DNA of 64,000 bases from Myxococcota bacterium (GTDB lineage Bacteria; Myxococcota_A; UBA9160; UBA6930). Below are positions 9,057 through 18,780 of this stretch, in pieces. The stretch covers positions 4,192,001 through 4,256,000 of the forward strand of contig OZ245002.1 of assembly GCA_965223415.1 (NCBI GenBank), read 5' to 3'. The notes under the pieces are model-generated. The model saw only the letters and a list, made by a program, of their open reading frames with translations. It did not search any database and was not told the DNA's origin. Each line of letters starts with the position of its first letter. The first letter of the stretch is position 1. Position numbers and translations under genes: made by a program.

Positions 9057-10850
9057 ATGATGACCCGATGGCTCCTCGTCCTGTGTGTGTGCGGGCTCGC
9101 GCTCGGCGCCCTTTCCGCTTGTGGCGATGGCGAGGGAGGGCTCGATGCGTCCCTCCCCACCGCGACCGATCCGGCCACCCTGCGCACGACCGGCCTGGGC
9201 CCGGTGGTGGGCGCGGTGACGCCCGCCGGCGCCCACGCCTGGCGCGGCATCCCTTTCGCCGAGCCCCCGGTCGGGGAGCTCCGCTGGCGTGCGCCCCGGT
9301 CGGCGACGGCCTGGTCGGGCACCCTCGAGGCACTCGAACATCCCCCGGCCTGTCCCCAGTACGCCGGTCTCGTGGCCGGACGCGACGGTGCCCAGCCCGG
9401 GGAGCTGACCGGCCAGGAGGACTGCCTCTACCTGAACGTGTTCGCGCCGGCCTGGGCGCCGGAGGCGGTGCCGGAAGGCGATGCCCGCGTGCCGGTGCTC
9501 GTTTGGATCCACGGTGGCGGCAACTCGATCGGCGACGCCGCGCCCTACGACGGCAGCGTGCTCGCGAAGGAGCACGGCGTCGTCGTCGTCGCCATGCACT
9601 ACCGGCTCGGCCCGCTCGGCTGGCTTCACCACCCCGCGTTGGCCCACGGCGGCTCGGCCGCGGACGCCTCGGGAAACTACGGCACGCTCGACCAGATCGA
9701 GGCCCTGCGCTTCGTCCGCGACCACATCTCCGCCTTCGGGGGCGACCCGGGCAACGTGACGATCTTCGGCGAGTCCGCCGGCGGCCGGAACGTCTTCACC
9801 CTCGTGCTCTCGCCGCTGGCCGGCGGGCTCTTCCACCGCGCGATCGCCCAGAGCGGCAGCGCCGGACTCACCCCGACGGACGAGGCCGGCCAGGCCATGG
9901 GCCGCGGGGGCCCGGACAACACGAGCAGCCGGATCGTCGCACGCCTGGTGCCGGACGCCTCCAGCGGCGACCTTGCGGCGGTCGCAGCGGCGTTGCGGGA
10001 GACCACTTCGGAGCAGGTGTTCGGCGCCGTCACCGGCGAGCCGCAGATGGGGATGGTCCGCTCGCCGCAGATCTTCGCCGACGGGCACGTGCTGCCCGCC
10101 ACGACGGCGCCCGCCGCCCTGGCGGCGGGCCACTACAACCAGGTGCCCTTCATCAGCGGCACGAACCGGGACGAGTCGAGGCTCTTCCTCTTCGGCGACC
10201 GGGAGCTGGTCCGCTGGTGGCTCGGCGTTCCCTGGGGCCCGCGGGATCCTGTGGCCTACGCGCGCATCGCCGACTACACGAGCCACTTCTGGAAGCTCCG
10301 GGCGGTCGACGAGCCCCTCCGGCACATGCGGGCGGCCCAGGGCCCGAGCGTCTATGGCTACCGCTTCGACTGGGACGAGGAGCCGCGCTTCCTGTGGCTC
10401 GACTTCTCGGAGCTGCTCGGCGCCGCTCACGCCCTCGAGATTCCCTTCGTCTTCGGCGGCTTCCGTCTCGGCTCGGCCACCCGCTTCGTCTTCGACGAGG
10501 AGGGTGCAGAGAGCCGCGAAGAGCTCGGACGCCGCATGCGTTCCTACTGGGCGCAGTTCGCGCGGACCGGCGACCCGGGGCGGGGCGTCGACGGAGACCT
10601 GCTCCGCTGGGAGCCCTGGAGCACGGAGCCCGACGCGGACCGCATGATCGTCTTCGACACCGAGCCGGACGGCGGCATCCGCATGACCCCGGAAGAGCTC
10701 ACCCAGCCGGGCCTGATCGGCCGGATCGCCTCGGACGCGCGCTTCGAGACCGCCGACGACCGCTGCAGGGTGCTGCGGGACGTGCGCGGGCCGAACGGAC
10801 GGCTCACGGAAACGGAGATCGCGGCAGGAGGGTGCACCACCGGGCCGTGA
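9057..10850 (+). CDS. Type B carboxylesterase, predicted lipoprotein
   Basis: Lipobox LSAC, GIPFA, EDCLYLNV, HGGG, FGESAGG (catalytic Ser), AAHALE. Confidence 0.92.
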   Translation: MMTRWLLVLCVCGLALGALSACGDGEGGLDASLPTATDPATLRTTGLGPVVGAVTPAGAHAWRGIPFAEPPVGELRWRAPRSATAWSGTLEALEHPPACPQYAGLVAGRDGAQPGELTGQEDCLYLNVFAPAWAPEAVPEGDARVPVLVWIHGGGNSIGDAAPYDGSVLAKEHGVVVVAMHYRLGPLGWLHHPALAHGGSAADASGNYGTLDQIEALRFVRDHISAFGGDPGNVTIFGESAGGRNVFTLVLSPLAGGLFHRAIAQSGSAGLTPTDEAGQAMGRGGPDNTSSRIVARLVPDASSGDLAAVAAALRETTSEQVFGAVTGEPQMGMVRSPQIFADGHVLPATTAPAALAAGHYNQVPFISGTNRDESRLFLFGDRELVRWWLGVPWGPRDPVAYARIADYTSHFWKLRAVDEPLRHMRAAQGPSVYGYRFDWDEEPRFLWLDFSELLGAAHALEIPFVFGGFRLGSATRFVFDEEGAESREELGRRMRSYWAQFARTGDPGRGVDGDLLRWEPWSTEPDADRMIVFDTEPDGGIRMTPEELTQPGLIGRIASDARFETADDRCRVLRDVRGPNGRLTETEIAAGGCTTGP

Positions 10851-10874
10851 GGCCGGAGGACCGGCGCTGGTTCA

Positions 10875-11804
10875 TCACCCGCCTTCCCGTTTCGGCGCCA
10901 ACGCCTCTTGGAGCAGCACCTCGAGGGTCTCGACCGCCTCGCGGTCGGCCTGGCGCCGCGCGGGTGTCTTCGGCATGCGCCCGCGGGCGGCGGCGATGCC
11001 CCGGGCCGCCACTCCCAGCCGGAAGCCGTCCGGGAAGTCGGCGGCGGCGAACAGGGCGTCGAACACGCCGCGCACCCGATCCTGGAGGGTGCGCGCCTCG
11101 TCGAGGTCGCCGCGGACGGTGGCGTCGTAGAGCGCGCGGGTCAGCTCCGGGACCACGCCGCTGCTGGCGTTGGTGCCGCCGTCGGCGCCCATCAGCAGCA
11201 TCGGGACGAGGGCCGGATCCCAGCCGGTCAGGAAGCTGAAATCCGGCCGCAGGGGGCGCACGGCCTGGATCATCTCCATCATGAAGGGCAGCTCGCCCGA
11301 GGAGTCCTTGATGGCGATGATGCGCGGACACTCGTCGGCGAGCCGTTGGATCGTCGGCACGTCGATCGGCGAGGCGAACATCGGGATGTTGTAGAGGGTG
11401 ACGTCGACGGGGGTGTGGTCGCCGATCTCCCGGAAGTAGGCGTAGACGCCGTCGGGCGACGTCCGGTAGTAGTGGGGCGAGACGATCGCTACGGCGCGCA
11501 CGCCGAGCTTGGCGTAGTGCTCGCATGCGCCAAGGGTCTCGCGCACGTCGGCCTCGGCGGCGCCGGCGAGGATGGGGACCCGGCCCGCGGTCTGGTCGAC
11601 CACGATCTCGATGACGCGGCGGCGCTCCTCCGGGGTGAAGCGCGTGAACTCGCCCGTCGAGCCGTTGGGGTAGAGGCCGTGGACGCCGTGATCGATCAAC
11701 CAGTCGACGTAGCGGCGCAGCTCGGCCTCGTCGACGCGCCGATCCTCGTCGAGGGGGACCACGTTGGGACAGAAGATACCGGACAGGTGCGTGGGCTCGT
11801 TCAT
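10875..11804 (-). CDS. DapA-family aldolase, probably 2-keto-3-deoxy-L-fuconate-type
   Basis: NGSTGEF, LYNIP, IKDSSG (Schiff-base Lys); last gene of the fucose-type operon. Confidence 0.8.
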   Translation of the reverse strand: MNEPTHLSGIFCPNVVPLDEDRRVDEAELRRYVDWLIDHGVHGLYPNGSTGEFTRFTPEERRRVIEIVVDQTAGRVPILAGAAEADVRETLGACEHYAKLGVRAVAIVSPHYYRTSPDGVYAYFREIGDHTPVDVTLYNIPMFASPIDVPTIQRLADECPRIIAIKDSSGELPFMMEMIQAVRPLRPDFSFLTGWDPALVPMLLMGADGGTNASSGVVPELTRALYDATVRGDLDEARTLQDRVRGVFDALFAAADFPDGFRLGVAARGIAAARGRMPKTPARRQADREAVETLEVLLQEALAPKREGG

Positions 11805-12640
11805 GACCGCTCCTTTCCCAGAACGTAGGTGCGCCTGGCGTTCCCGCCGAGCACGGCGTCCCGGGCCGCGGGATCGAGCCCGGCCAGCAGCTCCTTGCTG
11901 GCCTCTTGCCAGCGCGCGTAGCCGCCGGCCGGGACCACCACTGGCCAGTCGCTGCCCCAGAGCAGCCGCTCCGGGCCGAAGCTCTCCAGCAGGTGGTCGA
12001 CGTAGGGCCGCAGGTCCCGGGCCGTCCAACCGGGCTTCGCTTCGCTCGCCAGGCCCGAGAGCTTGCAGCAGGCCTCGGTCTCGCGGGCGATGCGCGCCAG
12101 GTCGTCGGCCCAGGGCTGCCAGGCTCCGTCCCGGATGGCCGGCTTGGCGCCGTGGTCGACCACCGCCCGGAGTTCGGGATGGCGGCCCAGGAGTCGCAGC
12201 AGCGGCGGCAGGTGTCGCGGATGAACGAGGGCGTCGAAGCACAGTCCCAACGCGGCGACAGCCTCGAAGACCGGAGCCAGGGCCGGGCGCAGCATCCAGT
12301 CGGGATCCGGCAGGTCCTGGATCATCGGTCGCACGCCGACGCCCTTCGGATGCGCCGCCACCTGGGCGAGCTGCCCGTGGGCGTCGTCGGCCTCGAAGTC
12401 GATCCAGCCCACCACGCCGAGGACCCACGGCGTGGCCTCCGCCAGCCCCAGCAGGAAGCGGGTCTCCTCGAAGGTCGGCGCGGCCTGGACGACCAGCGTG
12501 GCGTCGACGCCCGCGGCGGCGAGCAGGGGGGCGAGATCCTCGGGCCCGTAGTCGCGGTAGAGGGCCCGCAGATCCGGCGTGAGCCAGCCGTAGTCGCCGC
12601 GATCGAGCTTCCAGAAGTGCTGGTGGGCGTCGATCCGCAT
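11801..12640 (-). CDS. Amidohydrolase, L-fuconolactonase-like
   Basis: [33 protein letters not shown]. Confidence 0.88.
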   Translation of the reverse strand: MRIDAHQHFWKLDRGDYGWLTPDLRALYRDYGPEDLAPLLAAAGVDATLVVQAAPTFEETRFLLGLAEATPWVLGVVGWIDFEADDAHGQLAQVAAHPKGVGVRPMIQDLPDPDWMLRPALAPVFEAVAALGLCFDALVHPRHLPPLLRLLGRHPELRAVVDHGAKPAIRDGAWQPWADDLARIARETEACCKLSGLASEAKPGWTARDLRPYVDHLLESFGPERLLWGSDWPVVVPAGGYARWQEASKELLAGLDPAARDAVLGGNARRTYVLGKERS

Positions 12641-13671
12641 CAGCCCGCCGCTCCCGTCGGTGCATCCCGACGCAGCAGCCCCTCTTCCACGAGATCGCTC
12701 CACAGCGATGGGGGAATCGGTTGCGCCATGTGCTCGGCGTTCTGGCTCGCCTCGGCCGCGCTGCGCGCGCCGGGGATCACGCTCGCGACGATCGGATGAA
12801 GGAGCGGGAACTGGAGGGCCGCGCTGGCCAGGGGGACGCGGTGGGCTGCGCACACGGCGGCGATCGCCCGGGCGCGTGCGAGGACCTCCGGCGGCGCCGG
12901 CGCATAGTCGTAGCGGGCGCCTTCGCCCGGGGGGGCGGCCAGCAGGCCGGAGTTGAAGGGCCCACCCACGACGATCGACGTCCCGCGCTTCTCGCACTCG
13001 GGGAGCAGCCCGTCCAGGCCGCCCTGCTCGAGCAGGGTGTAGCGGCCCGCCAGCAGGATCACGTCCAGGTCCGCATGCCCCAACACCTCGAGGCACACCT
13101 CGCACTCGTTCACGCCCAGGCCGATCGCCCCGATGGAGCCCTCCGCGCGCAGCTCCTGGAGCGCGCGCAGGCCTCCGTCGAGGGCGACCCGGAGAAGCTC
13201 TCGGTGCCGGGGGCCGTGGGTCCGGGCGCCGACGTCGTGGAGCAGCAGCACGTCGACGTGATCGCGGCCGAGGCGGGCGCAGCTCGACTCGAAGGAGCGC
13301 ATCACCCCCTCGTGGGAGTAGTCGAAGACCGGATCGAAGGCGTGGGCCGCGACGAAGCCCTGGTCCTCGCGCGGGCCGCCCGGGCGGGGGACCAGCCGCC
13401 GGCCCACCTTCGAGGAGAGGGCGAAGGGCTCGTTGGCGGCGGCGAGGCCGCGCCCGAGCCGTTCCTCCGCGAGGCCGTAGCCGTAGTAGGGCGCCGTATC
13501 GAAGTAGCGCACGCCGCCGGCCCAGGCGGCGCGCAGCGTGCCCTCGGCGTCGGCGTCGGAGACCGGCGCGAACAGGTTGCCCAGCGCCGCTCCGCCGAAG
13601 CCCAGCGTCGTCACTTCGACCCGGGACCGCCCCAGGGGCCGGCGGGGCAGGGGACGCTTCGCTTCGGCCAC
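12640..13671 (-). CDS. Aldo/keto reductase, L-fucose (D-threo-aldose) dehydrogenase-like
   Basis: [41 protein letters not shown] start chosen 6 nt after TACGAT. Confidence 0.85.
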   Translation of the reverse strand: MAEAKRPLPRRPLGRSRVEVTTLGFGGAALGNLFAPVSDADAEGTLRAAWAGGVRYFDTAPYYGYGLAEERLGRGLAAANEPFALSSKVGRRLVPRPGGPREDQGFVAAHAFDPVFDYSHEGVMRSFESSCARLGRDHVDVLLLHDVGARTHGPRHRELLRVALDGGLRALQELRAEGSIGAIGLGVNECEVCLEVLGHADLDVILLAGRYTLLEQGGLDGLLPECEKRGTSIVVGGPFNSGLLAAPPGEGARYDYAPAPPEVLARARAIAAVCAAHRVPLASAALQFPLLHPIVASVIPGARSAAEASQNAEHMAQPIPPSLWSDLVEEGLLRRDAPTGAAG

Positions 13672-13696
13672 GGCGAGATCGTATACCCTCCTTGCG
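13672..13696. promoter_or_regulatory. Putative bidirectional leaderless promoter core
   Basis: TACGAT (- strand, 13678-13683) abuts TACCCT (+ strand, 13684-13689), 6 and 7 nt from the two divergent start codons. Confidence 0.55.
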
Positions 13697-15007
13697 ATGG
13701 CGCGCATCGTCCGGCTGGAGACCTTCGATCTCCGCTTCCCGACCTCCGACGGGCTGGACGGCTCCGACGCCATGAATCCGGAGCCCGACTACTCGGCGGC
13801 GACCGTGGTGATCCACACCGACGTCCCGGGGCTGGAAGGCTGCGGGCTCGCCTTCACGATCGGGCGCGGCAATGAGGTGTGCGTCGCCGGCATCGAGGCC
13901 TACGCGCCCCTCGTGGTCGGCCGACGGCTCGACGAGATCGAGGCCGATCCGGGCCGCTTCTGGCGGGAGCTGGCCGGCGACAGCCAGCTCCGCTGGCTCG
14001 GGCCGGACAAGGGCGCCGTGCACCTGGCCCTCGCCGCGGTCACCAACGGGGTGTGGGACCTGCTGGCCAAGCGCGCCGGCCAGCCCCTGTGGCGCTACCT
14101 GGCGGAGCTGCCCGCCGAGACGCTGGTGGGCGCGGTCGACTTCCGGCACCTGCGCGACGCCATGGGCGAGCAGCAGGCCCTCGACCTGCTCGCGGCCGCT
14201 TCGGCCGGACGCGAGGCGCGCGAGCGGGAGCTCCGGTCCCACGGACATCCCGCCTACATCACGTCGGCCGGCTGGCTGGGCTACGACGACGGCAAGATCC
14301 GCGAGCGTTGCCGCGAAGCCCTCGGCCGCGGCTTCGACGCCTTCAAGATGAAGGTCGGCCGCGACCTGGAGGACGACCTCCGGCGGGCGCGCATCCTGCG
14401 CCAGGAGATCGGACCCCATCGCATGCTGATGCTCGACGCGAACCAGGTGTGGGGCGTCGAGGAGGCGATCGCGGCCATGGAGCGCCTGGCCGAGTGCGAT
14501 CCGCTCTGGATCGAGGAGCCGACCCACCCGGACGACGTGCTGGGACACGCGCGGATCGCCCGGGCGGTGGCACCGGTCCGCGTGGCGACCGGGGAGCACT
14601 GCGCCAATGCGGTGATGGTGAAACAGCTGCTCCAGGCCGAGGCCACCGGCTTCCTGCAGATCGACGGCTGCCGCCTCGGCGGTGTGAACGAGGTGATCGC
14701 GGCGCTCCTCCTCGCCGCCCGCTTCGACGTGCCGGTGTGCCCGCACGCGGGCGGCGTCGGCCTGTGTCAGCAGGTCCAGCACTGGTCGGTCTTCGATCGG
14801 CTTCGCGTGAGCCCGGACGGCCGCGACCGCCGCATCGAGTACGCCGACCACCTGCACGAGCACTTCCAGACCCCGCTGGTCGTCCGCGGCGGTGCCTATC
14901 GCCTGCCCGAGACGCCGGGCATTGGCCTCGACTTCCGCCCCGAGAGCCGGGCGCGCTACCGCTATCCGGACGGCGAGGTCTGGAAGGCTCGCCGGGGCGA
15001 GGAGTGA
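13697..15007 (+). CDS. fucD: L-fuconate dehydratase (enolase superfamily)
   Basis: DLRFPTS..LDGSDAMN, GDSQLRWLGPDKG, KMKVG, DANQ, WIEEP, TGEH, CPHAGGVGL, HLHEHF. Confidence 0.9.
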   Translation: MARIVRLETFDLRFPTSDGLDGSDAMNPEPDYSAATVVIHTDVPGLEGCGLAFTIGRGNEVCVAGIEAYAPLVVGRRLDEIEADPGRFWRELAGDSQLRWLGPDKGAVHLALAAVTNGVWDLLAKRAGQPLWRYLAELPAETLVGAVDFRHLRDAMGEQQALDLLAAASAGREARERELRSHGHPAYITSAGWLGYDDGKIRERCREALGRGFDAFKMKVGRDLEDDLRRARILRQEIGPHRMLMLDANQVWGVEEAIAAMERLAECDPLWIEEPTHPDDVLGHARIARAVAPVRVATGEHCANAVMVKQLLQAEATGFLQIDGCRLGGVNEVIAALLLAARFDVPVCPHAGGVGLCQQVQHWSVFDRLRVSPDGRDRRIEYADHLHEHFQTPLVVRGGAYRLPETPGIGLDFRPESRARYRYPDGEVWKARRGEE

Positions 15008-15008
15008 C

Positions 15009-15458
15009 ATGCTGCGAACCACCCTGATCCACCCGGAGCTCTCCGCCGCCCTGGCGCGCGCCGGCCACGGCTCCCGCGTCCTGATCTCCGACGGCAACTA
15101 TCCCCACGCGACGGCGCACGGCCCCCGCGCGGAGCGAGTCTGGCTCAACCTCTCGCCGGGCGTGGTCACCGTCGCCCAGGCCCTTCGCGCCATTGCCTCG
15201 GCGGTGCCGATCGAGGCCGCCGCGGTGATGGACTGGAAGCAGGACGACTACGTGTCCGAAGATCCGCCGGTCTGGCGGACCTTCGCGCAGGTCCTCCGGG
15301 AAGAGGCGGCCTTCGCCGGCCCCTTCGAGCGCATTGCCCGCCCCGCCTTCTACGAGACCTGCCGCGGCGAGGACCTGGCCGTGCTCGTCGCCACCGGCGA
15401 TCAGGCGCTCTACGCGAACCTGCTGCTCACGATCGGCGTGCGCCCGGCGGAGAGCTGA
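15009..15458 (+). CDS. RbsD/FucU family sugar mutarotase
   Basis: LARAGHGSRVLISDGNYP, ATGDQALYANLLLTIGV. Confidence 0.88.
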   Translation: MLRTTLIHPELSAALARAGHGSRVLISDGNYPHATAHGPRAERVWLNLSPGVVTVAQALRAIASAVPIEAAAVMDWKQDDYVSEDPPVWRTFAQVLREEAAFAGPFERIARPAFYETCRGEDLAVLVATGDQALYANLLLTIGVRPAES

Positions 15459-15462
15459 GGCC

Positions 15463-15822
15463 CTAGAACGGGACGTCGTCGTCCGGCATCGGCGGGGCTC
15501 CTTCCCCCGCGAAGGGGTCCGCGGTGCCGGCCGCCTCTCCCGAGCGCTCCAAGGTCCAGACGTCGAGGGAGTTGAAGTAGCGGACGTCGCCCTTGGGGCT
15601 CGTCCACTCCCGGCCTCGCAGGCTGAACTCGACCCGCACCTCGTCGCCCACGGCGTGGCCGTCGAGCTGCTCGCAGCGATCGCCGGTGAGCTGGAAGATC
15701 ACGTACTGCGGGTACCGCGGGTTCTCGACCAGCTCGAGCACGAACTCGCGCAGGCGGAACCGCTCCGTCTTCTGCTGGGTGTCGAAGGTGGCGTGGATCC
15801 TTCCGGAGGCGTGCATCCTCAT
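15463..15822 (-). CDS. DUF3127-type OB-fold protein with SSB-like tail
   Basis: FRLREFVL, YPQY, FSLRGREW, YFNSLDVW; ends DDDVPF. Confidence 0.8.
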   Translation of the reverse strand: MRMHASGRIHATFDTQQKTERFRLREFVLELVENPRYPQYVIFQLTGDRCEQLDGHAVGDEVRVEFSLRGREWTSPKGDVRYFNSLDVWTLERSGEAAGTADPFAGEGAPPMPDDDVPF

Positions 15823-16245
15823 GCGCCCAATGTACCCCCGTCGGCGGGCTCGCGGGACGGGTCCGGCGCGGCGGCCCGCCCGCGCGGCAGAAGGCGCCCG
15901 TAGGTAGCGCAGCGCCACAGCCACTGGGCGGGCCGAAAGCGAAGGGGCGGAGCGAGGGCCGCGCCACCCACGCCTGCATCGCGAACACCGCCCGTTCCGT
16001 CATGTCGCGTGGCTCGACGACGCGCTCGTCCGGCGCCGGCCGGCCGAGGCCTGGGCCGGCACACCCCAGGTCGCGATCGACCTCCACACGCTCCTCAGCG
16101 ACGACGCCGCGGAGACCGAAGTGGCGGCCGTCCGGCACGGCGACGGGACCCTCCGCGTGCTGGGCACGGTCCGGACCGCCCCTCGGACCGAGCTCGGCAC
16201 CTCGCGAGCCGTGATCTGGGAGGCGCCTCTCGCCTCCTGAGGCCC

Positions 16246-16872
16246 CTACGGGCAGGGCCCCAGGGAATCGCCATGGGCCAGGTGGGCCTTCACGGCGGGG
16301 CTCGCAATCGAGATCGTCTTGGGGTCGCTCGGGTCGTGGCAGACCAGCGCCTTGTGGGACACGGCTCGTGCCGGAACGCGATCGGTGTCGACACTCACCT
16401 CGCCGGTCGCCCCGGTCGCCGTCTGGGTTCGGCTCACGGTCACGCCGGCTCCGCTCGCCTCGATCACCAGCACGCCCTGGATGTAGGCGGAGGCGGGCGG
16501 GCTGCCCCTGAAGTCGAAGTCGCTGCCCATCAGCTCCGCGCAGCTCACCTGGAGCGCCGCGCCCGCCGGCAGGGTGTCCTGCCGTGCCTCGGACACGTCG
16601 CCTGCACCGAGCGCGCCCGGCGGGAAGCTCAACGCGAGGCGCTGGATCAGCACCGCATCGACGTCGCTCGGGTTGTGCACGTCGATCGACACCGCGTAGT
16701 CGCCGGGCACGGCCCGCACCATGTCGGCTGCGTTCGTTCCGCAGGTGAAGGGAACCGAGAACTGCTGCCAGGAGAGCCTGAGCTTCTTCTTCTTGGCGAG
16801 GCCGGCCGTCGGCATCATCAATGCGAGGGCGACCAACACCGAGCAGCTCGCGACCAGGACACTTCGGAGCAT
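16246..16872 (-). CDS. Secreted hypothetical protein with C-terminal Cys/His mini-domain
   Basis: Signal peptide, FTCG and VHNP motifs, C-terminus VCH...AHLAHGDSLGPCP; RBS GGAGGAG. Confidence 0.7.
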   Translation of the reverse strand: MLRSVLVASCSVLVALALMMPTAGLAKKKKLRLSWQQFSVPFTCGTNAADMVRAVPGDYAVSIDVHNPSDVDAVLIQRLALSFPPGALGAGDVSEARQDTLPAGAALQVSCAELMGSDFDFRGSPPASAYIQGVLVIEASGAGVTVSRTQTATGATGEVSVDTDRVPARAVSHKALVCHDPSDPKTISIASPAVKAHLAHGDSLGPCP

Positions 16873-16970
16873 GGCTCTCTCCTCCCGAACGATCGGTATG
16901 AAGAGGGCGTGTCGGCCATCACGGCGGGCGACTGGACCCCGCGGGGAAGGGCGTGGAGCGTCCAGGGTAC

Positions 16971-17759
16971 TCAGCCGGAATCCGCTGTCGCTTGCAGGTG
17001 CCGAGCGACGTCCGCATTCGACGGCAGCTTCCGCGTCGACGTGCCGCCGTCGATGTTGATGACCTGGCCCGTGATGTAGGAGGCGTCGTCGCTGGCGAGC
17101 CAGAGCACGGTCTGGCTCACGTCGTCCGGCTGGCCCATGCGGCCGATGGGTGTCTGCTCCAGGAACGCGGAGGTGACGGCGGGGATGGCAAGCAGGTGGG
17201 CGGTCATCGGCGTCTCGATGACGGACGGCGCCACCGCGTTGACGCGCAGGCCGTCGGGCCCGTACTCGCTCGCGGCGACGCGGGTCACGTGGTTGATGCC
17301 GGCCTTGGCGCCGGCATAGGCCGCGTAGTTCTCCGGGGGCAGCACGCCGGTGAGCGAGGAGATCGTGATGAGCGATCCGCCGCGCTCGAGCACGGCCGCC
17401 AGGTGCCGCAAGAAGTAGACGGCGCCGGTGAACTGCACGGCGACCATCGGCTCGAGGGTCTCCGGGGTGATGTCGCGGATGGCCGTCTGCTGCTCGAAGC
17501 CGGCGGAGTTGACCGCCACGTGCACCGGGCCCAGCGCCTCGGCGGCTCCCACGGCGAGGGCCGCCAGGCTCTCGAAGTCGGTGATGTCCGCCGCGATCGG
17601 GATGGCGCCGATCTCGGCGGCGGCCGCCTCCAGCCGGTCCACCCCGCGGCCCGAGATCACCACCCGCGCTCCTTCGTCGACGAAGGCCTTCGCCAGGTGG
17701 AGCCCCAGCCCGCTCGAGCCTCCGGCCACCACGACCCCCCGGCCGTCGAATTTTCCCAT
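16971..17759 (-). CDS. SDR family oxidoreductase
   Basis: GGSSGLG, NSAG, YAGAK, RVNAVAP, ITGQVINIDGG. Confidence 0.92.
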   Translation of the reverse strand: MGKFDGRGVVVAGGSSGLGLHLAKAFVDEGARVVISGRGVDRLEAAAAEIGAIPIAADITDFESLAALAVGAAEALGPVHVAVNSAGFEQQTAIRDITPETLEPMVAVQFTGAVYFLRHLAAVLERGGSLITISSLTGVLPPENYAAYAGAKAGINHVTRVAASEYGPDGLRVNAVAPSVIETPMTAHLLAIPAVTSAFLEQTPIGRMGQPDDVSQTVLWLASDDASYITGQVINIDGGTSTRKLPSNADVARHLQATADSG

Positions 17760-17789
17760 GGGTTCTCCTCGTCTCGCTGCCGACACCGG

Positions 17790-17851
17790 TCAGCCGCTCG
17801 TGACCCTTCTCGCGGCGGATGCGGTTCAGCCGCTCGTGACCCCTTCTCGCG
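17790..17851. repeat. 25/26-bp direct repeat duplicating a gene 3' end
   Basis: TCAGCCGCTCGTGACCC(C)TTCTCGCG at 17790-17814 and 17826-17851. Confidence 0.8.
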
Positions 17852-18323
17852 CGATCGCCGCGGCGAGCTTCAGGCCGTCGTAGCTGATCATCTTCACCGG
17901 CGCGAGCTCGAGCACCACCCGGCGCGGCGTGTCCAGCATGGCCGCGAGTCCCCGCCGCGCCCCTTCGTCCTCGGGATGGAGCGCCTTCGAGAAGGCGTCG
18001 AAGAACCACTCCAGGGTGGCGCGATCGTCGTGGATCGTGCAGGTCGTCTTGAGCGTGATCGTGCGATCGGGGCCGATCTCGGTTCCGTCCCCCGAGACGA
18101 TCACGCAGCTCTGCGGACGCTCGCGCAGGGCGGCGACGCGGTGGCGCTGGCCGCTGGTCGTCACCCAGATGCGTCCGCGCTCCCAGACATAGCGGTGGGT
18201 CACGCCGACCGGCCACCCGTCGCGCGTGGTCCAGCACACGGCGCAGATGCGCTGCAGCGCGAAGAGCTTCTCGCGGTCGGCCTCGTCGAGGGTGTAGGCG
18301 GAGACTTCTTCCAGGCTGGCCAT
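17826..18323 (-). CDS. Pyridoxamine 5'-phosphate oxidase-like (PPOX) flavin/F420-binding protein
   Basis: CWTTRDGWPVGV, IWVT, RVVLELAPVKMISYDG. Confidence 0.75.
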   Translation of the reverse strand: MASLEEVSAYTLDEADREKLFALQRICAVCWTTRDGWPVGVTHRYVWERGRIWVTTSGQRHRVAALRERPQSCVIVSGDGTEIGPDRTITLKTTCTIHDDRATLEWFFDAFSKALHPEDEGARRGLAAMLDTPRRVVLELAPVKMISYDGLKLAAAIAREGVTSG

Positions 18324-18348
18324 CGGAGGGCGCTCCTTGTCGGGTCCG

Positions 18349-18780
18349 TCAGTCCGCGGGGCTTCGGGCCGGAGCCTCGGGCAGCGCGACCCAGGCGCGA
18401 GCGGTGACGCTTCGCACGCCGTCCTGGCGGTCGAGCCACACCTCGCACTCGGCGACGGTCTCTCCGGCCTCGGTAGAGAGCGCCACCACCCGGCCTCCGG
18501 CGCTGACCGAGTCGCCATCGAAGACCGGCTCCGGGAACTCGGTCCGTATGCGTCTCACGGAGGTCGGCCCGGCCCACTCCAGCAGCATGTTGATTACGTA
18601 CCCGAGGTTGATGGGGCTCTGGTTGAGCAGCCGGCCCTCGAAGCCCATGGCCCGGGTCGCCTCGCGATCCCAGTGGACCGGGAACGGGTCGCGGAAGATG
18701 GCCGCGACCGTCTTCATGCGCTCCGGCGTGACGCGCTCGAGGCGGAAAGGCGGAATGGCGTCTCCGACGGCGACCTTCAC
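18349..18780 (-). CDS. MaoC-family hot-dog dehydratase
   Basis: DPFPVHWD, PVFDGD..AGGRV; GTGA overlap with the upstream gene. Confidence 0.8.
   Translation of the reverse strand: MKVAVGDAIPPFRLERVTPERMKTVAAIFRDPFPVHWDREATRAMGFEGRLLNQSPINLGYVINMLLEWAGPTSVRRIRTEFPEPVFDGDSVSAGGRVVALSTEAGETVAECEVWLDRQDGVRSVTARAWVALPEAPARSPAD

Noticed and set aside
10875..11804. Housekeeping dapA (lysine biosynthesis)
   Set aside because: Its sugar-acid operon context and divergent motifs favour a catabolic aldolase.
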